IMG/VR virus record: IMGVR_UViG_3300021492_000072
Direction: 5' to 3' (one strand)
From: a virus
Length of the DNA: 64,000 nucleotides
Positions within the stretch are counted from its first letter, which is position 1. Each line of letters begins with the position of its first letter. The position numbers were made by a program, and so were the translations under genes. The notes beneath the pieces were generated by a model. It did not search any database, was not told the origin of the DNA, and was given only the letters and a program-made list of their open reading frames with translations. This document shows positions 17,133 through 27,026 of the stretch, one piece after another.

Positions 17133-17689
17133 TTAAAGTACCTCATTGGTAAAAATGCATATGGTGTTGCTAGAGAAATTTCACCTAAACTTACAGGTTC
17201 TGACTTCTTTGCGCGCTCGGTTCTTGTTACACACCTAAGATTCCCAGCACTGGTTTCCGACACTTCAACTTCATTCGTCTCTATTGAGCCCTTAGGACGA
17301 ACGCGTGATTTTATTTCACCTCCGGCATAGCACCATACATCTACAACCTTGTTATCTTTTGTAACAAGACCAACTAGGTTGTTTGAGGTAAGTTTAGCTT
17401 CTTGAGGTGGGAACTTTATAGCACCTTCTTCCATGTCCTCTTCCGCTACACACACGTAGTCAGGTGAAAGGGCTTCTGTCAGTTCAGCTAACGTTGCATT
17501 TGCTGGCTGAATGTAATCAGGTTCAGTGAACAACTTTCCACGGTATATAGTAGGTTTGGACCGCAGGATGCCCTTGCTTATTCGTCTCTTAACCGTGTCG
17601 TCAGGCGTCGACACGAATAAGCTGCCAAAGGTAATAGTCCATATTCCAACTACTCGGTTGGATTTTACTTCAATAATGAAACCTCTCAT
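17108..17689 (-). CDS. Hypothetical protein
   Basis: Coupled between portal fusion and terminase genes. Confidence 0.7.
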   Translation of the reverse strand: MRGFIIEVKSNRVVGIWTITFGSLFVSTPDDTVKRRISKGILRSKPTIYRGKLFTEPDYIQPANATLAELTEALSPDYVCVAEEDMEEGAIKFPPQEAKLTSNNLVGLVTKDNKVVDVWCYAGGEIKSRVRPKGSIETNEVEVSETSAGNLRCVTRTERAKKSEPVSLGEISLATPYAFLPMRYFKWAEKRKS

Positions 17690-20600
17690 TATTCACCCTC
17701 CTTCTTTAGGAGTTTGAGGAGGTATTGTTCTTCAGGACGGCGTTTTGGCGCCACCCAGACAATCCCCACCTCCTTCTTAAACCATTCAAACGCGGCTTCC
17801 CTCCATTTACCACCTAACACGATGCCTCTTAAGTGGCGCCACACGTTAAATTTTGCGTCTTCGCTCCACCCGTGCTTATTTAGGTAAGCAAAGATTTTGT
17901 TCGCAACCGGCACCTGCTGTTCTTCCGATGTCAGTTTTGTCACAAACTTGGCGACTAACTTACGAAAGTCTTTACCCTTTGCCGCTTCTTGGAATTTGAT
18001 AAACCACTTTTCACGCTTAGCAGCTTCGATGACTTTCTTTTTCTTCTCCCATGGCCTTTTCAAAGTCCATTTGACTTTCATTTCTTCTTCGAACCATTTA
18101 TACGCATCTTGTCTTGGTTTACCACCAGACTGAATGTTTTTCAGCCGCCGCCATACGTTGTACATTGCATCCTTACTCCAGCCTTGTCTGTCCAAGTAGG
18201 CGAAGATTTTGTTCACTATGAGCTCACACTGTTCCTCAGGCGCAAGTCTCGCTACGAACTCAACAACTACGTTGTGAAAGTCCTTACCTTTAGTGTCCGC
18301 CAAGAACTCGAATAACCTCTTATATTTTTCTCTTTCGCGTTTTAGAATTGCTGCAGTAACGGGCCTCTTCCGTGCTTCCTCTAATGCTTTTAGCCTCGAA
18401 AACTCCGTCATTTTATTCAGTTGCTTACTAAATCCTTGCACGTCAATTACTCCCTCTTTCTCTAACTCCAGTAATAAACCCTTGTCACTCCTAGACGCGG
18501 CTATAATCCTACGAATCATCATGCCAACCGTATCCCAGTTCTGTGCTTCTGTGGATGCCATAACGGTCAAAGTGGCTTCTATTGCTTCCCTTATTTGATC
18601 AGGGTTGAGCTTCAGCTTTTTCATCGCTTCAACAAACTCTTTCCACATCCCTTCGGTCTTGAGCTTAGCGAGGGGTTTTACCGCTACTGCCTTCATTAAA
18701 GATAAGAAGTAATCGTAAAGTTCGGGTGAACTGTACCGCAAGATTGTGGGCTTGGTTACAAATGTCGCGAATAATTCAGCGAAGGATTCTGCTGGGTCTG
18801 AGATAGCGTACACCCGAAGAGGGATAGATAAGTTTTTCGTAATCTCAGGTAACCTGTCTTGGAGCGGTTTGATGAGAGTTTCGCGTATATACGACGAACT
18901 AGCCAGTAAAGCTGCTTGAAGCTGGCCCTTCTGTTCCTTCTCTACTAAGTACTCAAGAAAACCAATTAATTTTGCTACTTCTTTTTCACTCTTTGCATAT
19001 AAAGTAGCCCTTTCTACAAAGGGATACAGGATCCCATAGAGGTAGACCTGTCCGTAGGTGGACCCCAGTAATGTGTTGTACATAACGTGGCGTTCGAAGA
19101 TGTGGTGACCTAACTCATGAAGTATTTGGTAGAGGTTGGGAGTAGCCACAATAGACGAGTTGAATGATTCCATAAACTTCTCATACCCGCGTCCCAAGAT
19201 GTACGACGCGTTAAATGTTGAAGTAGTCTTACTAAATCCAATATAGTTGAGTCCTTCCCATATAGCTGGGACTCTTAAGAAGGGGTAGGTTTCTAACAGG
19301 GACCGGATGTATGGTTCGATCTTTTCGTCGACGTAGGGAATTCTTTTCATAATCGCATCAACACTTGTTACAGCGGGCCAAGGCCGCCCCAGTCTCTCAA
19401 GTGACTTGCCAACCCATTTTTTGTAAGAACTTGGTGTCCAAAGTGTTGATGCTAGGAAGTCTTCAAACGCTACTTTACCAGGTATTTCCCTATGAGGTGT
19501 GAAGATAACCGCGCGAAACATGTGTTTAAAGAACAACATCGGATCCACATACGCTTCTTTAGGAAAGTCGAGTGGTAAGGTGAACTTCTCAAAAGGCGCC
19601 AAGTTCCCAAACTTCCACGCCTCTTCCAATTTAATGTACGGTTCTTTGCCGAGTTCTATACCAACCTTTCTGAACACTTTCCACAAGCGAGTTTCCCACA
19701 CATCCTCACGAGCCTTTTGCATTATAGCTGCGAGCTGGGCTGTAATGGGTGAGTATGGGTCGAGAAAGTTGTTCCTAAACATTAGGTTCTCAACAACTGC
19801 GTCAACAAACGCACTTCTTACTGTTGAATGTGTTGCTTTTGCAGGGATGTACAGCGTGTTTTCCAGCGGGTTATAATATGGTGTCTCAGCCGCCGTGGTT
19901 GTTATTTTGTCAAACAAAGCAAAGTAAGCAGGTTCACGTAATCGAGGTTCTTTTAGTAAAATATCCCGGATTTTCTTATCGACATGATCAAGCGCGCCTA
20001 TTGCCAGCAGCTCGGACTTGGGTAAGTGCAGGCCTCTTACTGGGATGACTTTTTGGAGCCAATCTACTTCAAACCTGGTCTCCTCTATATCGACAGGAAT
20101 TAACACGCACCGACATTTACCGTTACATCTTACTCCCCTAGCTTTGTAAGGCTCACCGCAGCCCGGCCACCTACCTATAAACTCAAGTTCAGTTTGCGAG
20201 AAGACTTTACCGTGCATCTCCCGACAGTCTTGGCACATGTTCTCATCGCCAGTGCCAACCCATTTGTAATAGATGGTTTTGCCTTTTAGGGTAAAAAATC
20301 GAGTTACAGCCTGGAGGGGTAAGTGTGTAAGGTAACCAACGAACGCACCCGCCGCCAGGAAGCTTAGGAGTAACTTATGTAAATCATCTCTTACTTTGTC
20401 CCAATCTCTCTTTTCTGCGTCTTTCTTGACTTCTTGATATTTTGAAGTCCACTGACGAGTCATATAGTCGTTAATCTTCTTTAATGAACGTACAGTTTCA
20501 GCGTCGACATAATCTTTGTCATAAGAAGGCCAGTACCTATCTACCCAGTAGTACCCTGTCTGAAGAGCGTCAGGGGTCACATCTTTCAAGGCGTTCTGAA

Positions 20601-22014
20601 TTTGCGTGTAGAACCATTTGTCCAATGGATCGAGTGTAGGGGTAACGTCTGCTCTGACTAGCATGAACTTTTCGCACAGTTTCTCTGTGAGCTCCTCATG
20701 TACTTTCCTGAGCTTTTTGGTTAGCTTCATTGAAAGAGTCATCCGCTTGGATACAAAGTCAGCTGTCTTAGGGTCACTAATCAGGTTCAAGTTACGTACG
20801 CTTTCTAGATATTCTAACTCGGCAGCTCTTTTTATCTCTTGAAACGGGTCCTCTGATTCAGCTCGAGCTGGGGTCACAACTATAGGTTCTTGGGTAGGGG
20901 GTTTTGCTTCCCCACCAGGAGGCTTCGTCCCACCAACAGGTGTGAGACCTTGTGGTTGCAAGATAGTGAGTGTGTCACCACCTTGAGCGGGTGGTAAGTG
21001 CAGGAATGCCCTTGCTTCGTTAGGTGAAATAAGCCCAGACCTCGCAGCTAGTAGCAACTCTGATATAGTATGAGCGGGGGGTATTTTGAATCTTATATTG
21101 ATACCGTAAGGGCGGAGAAAGTGATTGAGTTGATCTTGGATAGCTGTTACAATATGAGGTGTGTAGGTCGAATACAATAAAGGTCGCGCGGTTTGCCTAC
21201 CTAAACTATCTCCAGGATTGGAAAAACCAAACGCTGAACGTACCAGCCAATCCATTCGGTCTAAGAAGGAGGTTATGAGTTGAACGTCTAGTTGTTTTAC
21301 TATGTCAATCCACTCGCCTCTACCAGCACCCCAAAGAATTGGCACTTTAGTTGACTGTTCTTGAACTAAGTTGGTTAAGTCTGCCTGTAGTTTTTCTATT
21401 ACCTCCTTTCCTACGTCCTCTTGCACTACGAAAACACCAATTGGTGGCCTTCCTTTCTTGTGCATTCGCTGGAGTGAGTAAACCAAATTAGTGATCTCGT
21501 AAGTTAGAGACTCAATGATAGATAAGGATCCAATAGTGTAGGTCCTCTTAACCCCAGCTATAACAATAACCTCGTCTGGTTTGAATTCAAATTTTTTACC
21601 GTTGACCTCCTGAATGTATCCTAAGAGAACCCCATCTTTTCTAAACACAGGAGCGAACGTGCCCGCGTCTCTTGCGGTAAAACTTTTTAGCTGAGATCCA
21701 AGCGTGAATACAGGTAATATAACACCTTTGTTGACGACAAGCATGTCAACAACACATGCTTGGAGAACTTCCTTAAATGTCTCACCTGTGGGACCTACTC
21801 CCTCAAAAAGAGCGGAGATTACTCCCTTCTTAAATGGATGAGACACTTTCACTTCAAAAGGGAGCCCAGCGATCGTTGTCGCAATTTGATCAACACACCT
21901 TCTTATTGTGTTAGTGTCCCTATATATCTGTCTCAAGACCGAAGCTTGTAAAGAAGTTGTGTATGACCACTGGATTGATGTGTCAAAAGACGTCACTCCC
22001 TTCAACTTATCCAT
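17689..22014 (-). CDS. Portal protein fused to MuF (SPP1 gp7-like) domain, zincin-like metallopeptidase and a duplicated C-terminal domain
   Basis: Portal: RRCVDQIAxTIAGLPF, FKPDEVI, GLISPNEAR. MuF: YKWVGTGDENMCQDC...CNGKCRC. Peptidase: HELGH...YAISDPAESFAE. Two KGKDF...NKIFAYL..GWS.DA..NVWR.L repeats. Confidence 0.85.
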   Translation of the reverse strand: MDKLKGVTSFDTSIQWSYTTSLQASVLRQIYRDTNTIRRCVDQIATTIAGLPFEVKVSHPFKKGVISALFEGVGPTGETFKEVLQACVVDMLVVNKGVILPVFTLGSQLKSFTARDAGTFAPVFRKDGVLLGYIQEVNGKKFEFKPDEVIVIAGVKRTYTIGSLSIIESLTYEITNLVYSLQRMHKKGRPPIGVFVVQEDVGKEVIEKLQADLTNLVQEQSTKVPILWGAGRGEWIDIVKQLDVQLITSFLDRMDWLVRSAFGFSNPGDSLGRQTARPLLYSTYTPHIVTAIQDQLNHFLRPYGINIRFKIPPAHTISELLLAARSGLISPNEARAFLHLPPAQGGDTLTILQPQGLTPVGGTKPPGGEAKPPTQEPIVVTPARAESEDPFQEIKRAAELEYLESVRNLNLISDPKTADFVSKRMTLSMKLTKKLRKVHEELTEKLCEKFMLVRADVTPTLDPLDKWFYTQIQNALKDVTPDALQTGYYWVDRYWPSYDKDYVDAETVRSLKKINDYMTRQWTSKYQEVKKDAEKRDWDKVRDDLHKLLLSFLAAGAFVGYLTHLPLQAVTRFFTLKGKTIYYKWVGTGDENMCQDCREMHGKVFSQTELEFIGRWPGCGEPYKARGVRCNGKCRCVLIPVDIEETRFEVDWLQKVIPVRGLHLPKSELLAIGALDHVDKKIRDILLKEPRLREPAYFALFDKITTTAAETPYYNPLENTLYIPAKATHSTVRSAFVDAVVENLMFRNNFLDPYSPITAQLAAIMQKAREDVWETRLWKVFRKVGIELGKEPYIKLEEAWKFGNLAPFEKFTLPLDFPKEAYVDPMLFFKHMFRAVIFTPHREIPGKVAFEDFLASTLWTPSSYKKWVGKSLERLGRPWPAVTSVDAIMKRIPYVDEKIEPYIRSLLETYPFLRVPAIWEGLNYIGFSKTTSTFNASYILGRGYEKFMESFNSSIVATPNLYQILHELGHHIFERHVMYNTLLGSTYGQVYLYGILYPFVERATLYAKSEKEVAKLIGFLEYLVEKEQKGQLQAALLASSSYIRETLIKPLQDRLPEITKNLSIPLRVYAISDPAESFAELFATFVTKPTILRYSSPELYDYFLSLMKAVAVKPLAKLKTEGMWKEFVEAMKKLKLNPDQIREAIEATLTVMASTEAQNWDTVGMMIRRIIAASRSDKGLLLELEKEGVIDVQGFSKQLNKMTEFSRLKALEEARKRPVTAAILKREREKYKRLFEFLADTKGKDFHNVVVEFVARLAPEEQCELIVNKIFAYLDRQGWSKDAMYNVWRRLKNIQSGGKPRQDAYKWFEEEMKVKWTLKRPWEKKKKVIEAAKREKWFIKFQEAAKGKDFRKLVAKFVTKLTSEEQQVPVANKIFAYLNKHGWSEDAKFNVWRHLRGIVLGGKWREAAFEWFKKEVGIVWVAPKRRPEEQYLLKLLKKEGE

Positions 22015-22041
22015 ATAAATCTCCTGAAAAGTGTTTTCTTC

Positions 22042-22109
22042 TATCTACATGTGTAAGGGGGGTTAAGTCAAGGTCGCACCTTGACCTATTAAGTTAAGCG
22101 CTGTATAAG
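22042..22109. promoter_or_regulatory. Back-to-back sigma70-like promoters
   Basis: Plus strand TTGACC-17 nt-TATAAG (22081-22109); minus strand TTGACT-~18 nt-TAGATA toward the portal gene. Confidence 0.6.
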
Positions 22110-22116
22110 CGAACAA

Positions 22117-22686
22117 ATGTTGCCCTTCAAGATTAAGCGACCATACATAGCTTTTGTGGGGTCAGCAGTGACCTCGCTTGTCAGTCACGATCTAGATGTC
22201 ATGTTTTTTACACTACAGCTTAAAGATGATGTGGTAGCACAAAAGTGCATCAAAATGCTATCACGCTATCTTCCAACCCGAACTCATTACATCGAGGCTA
22301 GCTATATCACTCCTTTTTCGCCTTACGTCCCACTGTACGACCTTGTCGCTATGCCTTACGAATGGACACATAAACGTTACGCACCCCTCTACCCAAAGAG
22401 TGCAAAGGGCCCGTACATCTCTATCAGTACGCGTCATCTTCACCAAAAAGCACCTCGGCGGCTTGTAGTTTGGTTAGGGTGTGTGCGCTACTTGAAACCT
22501 AAGCATACTTTTTACGTACCAAAAGAGTTTAACATGTACTACTATGTCCCTCTGTACATCCGTCTAACACGAATGTTTCCCATCAATAAAAGACCAGTTG
22601 TTTCAAAAGCAGATCCGCCCCAAGGAGCGCTTGCAGTGTACAATTTAGTGCTGGAAAAACAACCTTACCGCAAGGTAGAAATGTGA
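22117..22686 (+). CDS. Pol-beta-type nucleotidyltransferase-like protein
   Basis: AFVGSAV...HDLDV matches hG[GS]..DhD; YVPLY occurs twice. Confidence 0.55.
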   Translation: MLPFKIKRPYIAFVGSAVTSLVSHDLDVMFFTLQLKDDVVAQKCIKMLSRYLPTRTHYIEASYITPFSPYVPLYDLVAMPYEWTHKRYAPLYPKSAKGPYISISTRHLHQKAPRRLVVWLGCVRYLKPKHTFYVPKEFNMYYYVPLYIRLTRMFPINKRPVVSKADPPQGALAVYNLVLEKQPYRKVEM

Positions 22687-24005
22687 TGAGTAGTGTCGTA
22701 GACGAACTCTTTGGTTCACTCCCACCGGGCTGGAGAGTTGCCCACTTATGTTCGGCATGTAAGTACTTTAAACCCAAAACTTTCACATGCTCAGCATTCC
22801 CTGAGGGGATCCCAAGTGACATAATAGAAGGCTTTATGCCGCACACTAATGTGTTTCGGGGTCAAGTAGGGGACTACGTGTTTGAGCCAAAAACGGACTT
22901 TAAACTGTCAGAGCTCTTTGGGGTAACTGAAGACTTAACCCGCCGAGTTTTCAGACCAAAAGAGGACATCATAAAGTGGATAACATATAAAGGACGTAGA
23001 ATTCCTATTTTCAAAAAACGCCCGCCTACCAAGTCATACAAAGCCCTGGGCCAGCTTTTAACGGCTGTAAGCGGAGTTACACTTGAAGCATCCTTCCAAG
23101 CCATAAAAAGGTTCGCCAGGTTTCTAGAGAAGAAAGGCGCGGAGTGGATAACCGTAGACGATCCTATTTGGAGAAGACATGTGAAAAGAATTGAGGATTA
23201 CTTCCCCCTCCGTGATGTGGGGTATTATAAAACTAATGGTGATATGTACCTACCCCAAATAATGCGCGTTCATAGGACGTTACGGAAGCTCGAAAAGCGG
23301 TTCCCAGGGATATTATCCGGTGTGCGTATAACATGCGTCCCTCAAGGTAGAACTCCTAGAACGAAAGCCTTTGCTACTATAGACAGAGCGCACTTGGAAG
23401 GCGGGGCCCTTCTCAAAAGTCCTAAGTTTGACGATCTTTATTTTGGCAAAATCTTTAAGCACGCCGGGATTGTAAAAGAACACACAACTTACAGCCAGAT
23501 ACGGTCTGCGTATTGGATTCCTGAAACGCATTTAAGCGACCTAGAAAACTTGAGCCTTTATACTGAATATTTTAAGCGTCGCTTTGGAGGTATAGAGCCT
23601 CCCTTGGTGGCTTTTGTATCCTCAAAATACACAGCTACCTGTTACCCTTCCATGAATCACATTGTTCACGAATTTGGTCACATATTTCACAACAAACACA
23701 ACAAGCTTAGAGAGTTTATGCTTGACGTATACGCACCCTACTTAGGGAGGTGCATTAAAGCGGGTTTTGACAAATTCCCGCTCCAGCCGATGTCTGGACG
23801 TGCAAAATTACCGCGTCTCACAGCACTATTCCAAGTAGATACCAAATTCAGAAGCGCGGTTTACACTCCTTATTCGTTAGTCGACCCATTCGAAGGCTAC
23901 GCTGAGGCATTTAAAGGGTACATCATCCATCCACAGATTCTAAAGCGCAAGTGGCCCGAAGCGTATGAGTTCTTTCGAAAAATAGAAGAACAAGGTTTAA
24001 GTTAA
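22683..24005 (+). CDS. Multidomain effector-like protein: Cys/His domain + tag + zincin-like metallopeptidase
   Basis: CSAC..C.AFPEGIP..I..G...H; KWITYKGRRIPI; HEFGH...YS..DPFEGYAEAF. Confidence 0.75.
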   Translation: MMSSVVDELFGSLPPGWRVAHLCSACKYFKPKTFTCSAFPEGIPSDIIEGFMPHTNVFRGQVGDYVFEPKTDFKLSELFGVTEDLTRRVFRPKEDIIKWITYKGRRIPIFKKRPPTKSYKALGQLLTAVSGVTLEASFQAIKRFARFLEKKGAEWITVDDPIWRRHVKRIEDYFPLRDVGYYKTNGDMYLPQIMRVHRTLRKLEKRFPGILSGVRITCVPQGRTPRTKAFATIDRAHLEGGALLKSPKFDDLYFGKIFKHAGIVKEHTTYSQIRSAYWIPETHLSDLENLSLYTEYFKRRFGGIEPPLVAFVSSKYTATCYPSMNHIVHEFGHIFHNKHNKLREFMLDVYAPYLGRCIKAGFDKFPLQPMSGRAKLPRLTALFQVDTKFRSAVYTPYSLVDPFEGYAEAFKGYIIHPQILKRKWPEAYEFFRKIEEQGLS

Positions 24006-24046
24006 TGTACTTGACACTTCAAGCGGTGAGTACTAGTTAACCAGTA

Positions 24047-25021
24047 ATGGAACGTGTTGTCTTCTTCGTGACGCGAAAGCCCAAGTTCGCCCCCAGTCCT
24101 TTCTACCTAGAAGGACGCAGGCCAACCGACAAGTATTTATGGGATCCAATTATTGACCTACTTGAGCGTAAAGTCGTAACTTGCCCAGACGGAAAACCAG
24201 GTCATTGGGTGACATTACCTGGAGGCCGTAAGGTTTGTATCCCAGAGTCGTATTGGCGGAAGAAAGCACTTACTGCGGGTGTAACTGCGGGTACGGTTAC
24301 TGCTGCTGTTACAGCTGCTACGCTCGCAGCGTCAGCGCGGGTTCGGGCTTTTGTTCGTGGTCTTCATTTCACCCCCGAAGGTGCGATACAGCCGCTATTG
24401 GGGCGACGCGGTCTGAACTTTATACTAAAAAGCCCCGATGTTGTGAGTCGATCTTTTCGCGCCGCTGCTCTGACTGGATTTAAAGTGCGACGTTTTGGGT
24501 ATTATGAGTATAGGGGTGTGAGGGGTTTGATGATCGATGGGTCGCTAAAGAATTTTCCAGAGTCCAAGTTCTTGTACGCCACAACGAAAGATCCAGATGT
24601 GCTATGGGCCGGATTGATTTCTATTCCAAAGGCATCGCGTAAGGCATCACGTGACCTCTTTAGAGGTGTCTTTGACTTAACGCGCGCGAGCGGTGCGTCA
24701 AAAATACGATTCATAGCAGGACTTGAAAATGGATCATCAATGTGGGCACGTTTAGGTGGTAAGTGGGTCGACAAGGGTGCTGAAAATGCGTGTAAGCGAG
24801 CAATCTTAGAGCGGCGTAGAAGCATTGGCTACCCCGCTGACTTAGACAGACTCATCACCGAAGCACGAACCCCAAAAGAGTTAGTACAAAAATTGGATGA
24901 GAGGTTGGGTAAATCAGGCACACGCAGACTTCTAAGAAATGTTGAATGGTGGGGGGAACTCGACTTGAAAGATCCTCAAGTCAGGTCCTTTTTATTAAAG
25001 TTAACAGGACAGAAGTTGTGA
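24047..25021 (+). CDS. Tag + hydrophobic helix + GNAT-like domain protein
   Basis: CPDGKPGHWVTLPGGRKVCIP; Ala/Thr/Val helix; SGASKIRFIAGLENGSSMWARLG. Confidence 0.7.
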   Translation: MERVVFFVTRKPKFAPSPFYLEGRRPTDKYLWDPIIDLLERKVVTCPDGKPGHWVTLPGGRKVCIPESYWRKKALTAGVTAGTVTAAVTAATLAASARVRAFVRGLHFTPEGAIQPLLGRRGLNFILKSPDVVSRSFRAAALTGFKVRRFGYYEYRGVRGLMIDGSLKNFPESKFLYATTKDPDVLWAGLISIPKASRKASRDLFRGVFDLTRASGASKIRFIAGLENGSSMWARLGGKWVDKGAENACKRAILERRRSIGYPADLDRLITEARTPKELVQKLDERLGKSGTRRLLRNVEWWGELDLKDPQVRSFLLKLTGQKL

Positions 25022-25899
25022 ATGTACCAGAAGCACTGAAGAAATATGCGAGACCTTTCTTGGTTTGGTGTGAGGGGTCCTATCCTTACTGTCTGCACAT
25101 ACACCTCGCGAGTGTTTTTCATGGTGACCTTCGTATGAGGTGGTGTGGGCGTGACCTTATTGGTGTAACTTTATTCCTCTACCGCTCGGGGTCTGTGAAG
25201 CATAGACCAAATGGAAGAGAGGGTTGGGATGACTTCCTTAAGATTGTGAAGTACCCACGAAGATACTTTAAGCTGGACTATACAACAGGAGAGATTATTG
25301 GTCAGAGGAGCCTTCAAGCGACGATGAAGCTTCCGGAGGCTAATGCGTGGATCAATGTTCGGAAGTTTATATCACCACCCGGTTATATCGGAGCGCGTTA
25401 TCTTAAGGACAAGTGGGGCTACATGACGCGTGTGGACACTGGGTTAGTGGAGCACCTTACACGCAAGCTAGATATGTTTGAGTTTTACTTTACTAAAGGG
25501 AAGGCCTTTCGTGGTAGATACATCCTTCGACCCTTTGGGCGTGGTTTCCATTTTTACACTGCATCTGCTGACAAACCACACGTAGTGGGTACAAAGTATG
25601 AGAAGTTAAAAGAGGGTAAGGAGTTAGGGGGTTTCCTGTGGATCAGAGCAAAGGATCAGACACCATACATTCTTTCATTGCGTGCGGTTGAAAAGCGTTT
25701 CGTTGCCCCTTTTGGCTACTCAGGTCTACCTACACAATTAAAGAAGTTGATCCCTTCAAGGTTTCAATACTGGAAGTTAAGGAGCGAGAAGGATCGTATA
25801 AAGGTGCGGGATGAGTTAAGGGATGCGCTTAAAAGGAAAGGACTGATGAAGTACCTAGAATCTGGTGCGTGGTCTTACGTGAAAAGTTTAGAGGCTTGA
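24946..25899 (+). CDS. Protein with LigD 3'-phosphoesterase-like motif (likely GTG start at 25018)
   Basis: LHIHLASVFHGDLRM resembles QxHxA..HxDxRL. Confidence 0.5.
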   Translation: MVGGTRLERSSSQVLFIKVNRTEVVNVPEALKKYARPFLVWCEGSYPYCLHIHLASVFHGDLRMRWCGRDLIGVTLFLYRSGSVKHRPNGREGWDDFLKIVKYPRRYFKLDYTTGEIIGQRSLQATMKLPEANAWINVRKFISPPGYIGARYLKDKWGYMTRVDTGLVEHLTRKLDMFEFYFTKGKAFRGRYILRPFGRGFHFYTASADKPHVVGTKYEKLKEGKELGGFLWIRAKDQTPYILSLRAVEKRFVAPFGYSGLPTQLKKLIPSRFQYWKLRSEKDRIKVRDELRDALKRKGLMKYLESGAWSYVKSLEA

Positions 25900-25940
25900 C
25901 CTTTTTTGGTAGACCCTAGTTTAAATTTGGAACAAAGGAG

Positions 25941-27026
25941 GTGAGAGCTATGTCGTTTTCGCGGTTTGAAAATGGGTTATTCCAAGCAACAGGTCAGTTT
26001 ATTGCATCGGCTGACACTAAACCGTTTAAGGACTTCGCGAAGCAAGGTGAGTTAATAGTTGCGGGTTACGCTACAACTTTCGACGTTGGGCTGGAAGGAG
26101 CTGTCATCGCGAGGGACGCGTTAAATGAAGAGGATTTGAAGCAACGCCCGACTTTGCTGTTCAACCACGACCAGAATCGCCCCATCGGACGTGTTGTAAG
26201 CTCTAAGGTTGATGATAAGGGCCTTTTCATAGTTGGTGTTATTGATAGTACTGAAAAGGAACTTCAACAGAAAATCATGTCTGGTACGCTTTCTCGTTTC
26301 TCAATCAGGGGCCGGATAATGCGCTCACATGCTGAATGGAGGAAGGACCTTCAGAAGAATATAGACGTAATTGATGAGTTAAAGACTTTAGAAGTATCTG
26401 TTGTTTCGGTACCCGCTGTTGCAGAGGCCGAAATTCAAAAATGGTATCTGCAACGTAATTTTAACGAAGGAGGTGATAGTATGAGTGAACAAAGAGACGT
26501 TGAGGCAAAGGACATCACGCGCGACACTGAACTCCCAGAAGAGGATGAGTTTGTGCTTGAAGACGATGGAACAATTGAGTTATTGCTGGGGCTAGATGAG
26601 CGAGTTAATGACTTGGTTGACAAGATTAGTACTTTTGAAGCGGCTGCTAATGACCTTAAGGCAGTCATGGAGAAGTTGAGCGCAATCGATAAGAAGATTG
26701 ATGAGGTACTCAAAAAGTTGGAGAAGTATCCATATCCATATCCAGCTAAGAGAGACGCTGAAGAGTCAGCTGACCAATCAGAGCAGGGAGAAGGAGATCA
26801 GGAGAGACAGGAGTCCACTAATCCACTTGAGGAGATTCAGAAGTCTATCCAACGCTTGGCTGACGAAGTAAAGTCGATAAAGGAATCTCCTACTATAAAG
26901 GGGGAGAAGGAGGCTGGAAAGGAAGACGAACTAAAGAGATTTATAGAATCAGAAGAGTACAAGAGCGCACCCCCAACTGACAAGCTGAGGATGTTATACG
27001 ACTTTTTGCAAAAAGGAGGTGAGTAG
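25941..27026 (+). CDS. HK97-family prohead protease fused to scaffold domain
   Basis: VAGYATT, LLFNHD..RPIG, FSIRG, LEVSVVSVPA; acidic coiled-coil C-terminus. Confidence 0.92.
   Translation: MRAMSFSRFENGLFQATGQFIASADTKPFKDFAKQGELIVAGYATTFDVGLEGAVIARDALNEEDLKQRPTLLFNHDQNRPIGRVVSSKVDDKGLFIVGVIDSTEKELQQKIMSGTLSRFSIRGRIMRSHAEWRKDLQKNIDVIDELKTLEVSVVSVPAVAEAEIQKWYLQRNFNEGGDSMSEQRDVEAKDITRDTELPEEDEFVLEDDGTIELLLGLDERVNDLVDKISTFEAAANDLKAVMEKLSAIDKKIDEVLKKLEKYPYPYPAKRDAEESADQSEQGEGDQERQESTNPLEEIQKSIQRLADEVKSIKESPTIKGEKEAGKEDELKRFIESEEYKSAPPTDKLRMLYDFLQKGGE
26481..27026 (+). CDS. Probable nested in-frame scaffold protein
   Basis: Internal AAGGAGGTGA SD before in-frame ATG at the protease/coiled-coil boundary. 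Confidence 0.65.
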   Translation: MSEQRDVEAKDITRDTELPEEDEFVLEDDGTIELLLGLDERVNDLVDKISTFEAAANDLKAVMEKLSAIDKKIDEVLKKLEKYPYPYPAKRDAEESADQSEQGEGDQERQESTNPLEEIQKSIQRLADEVKSIKESPTIKGEKEAGKEDELKRFIESEEYKSAPPTDKLRMLYDFLQKGGE

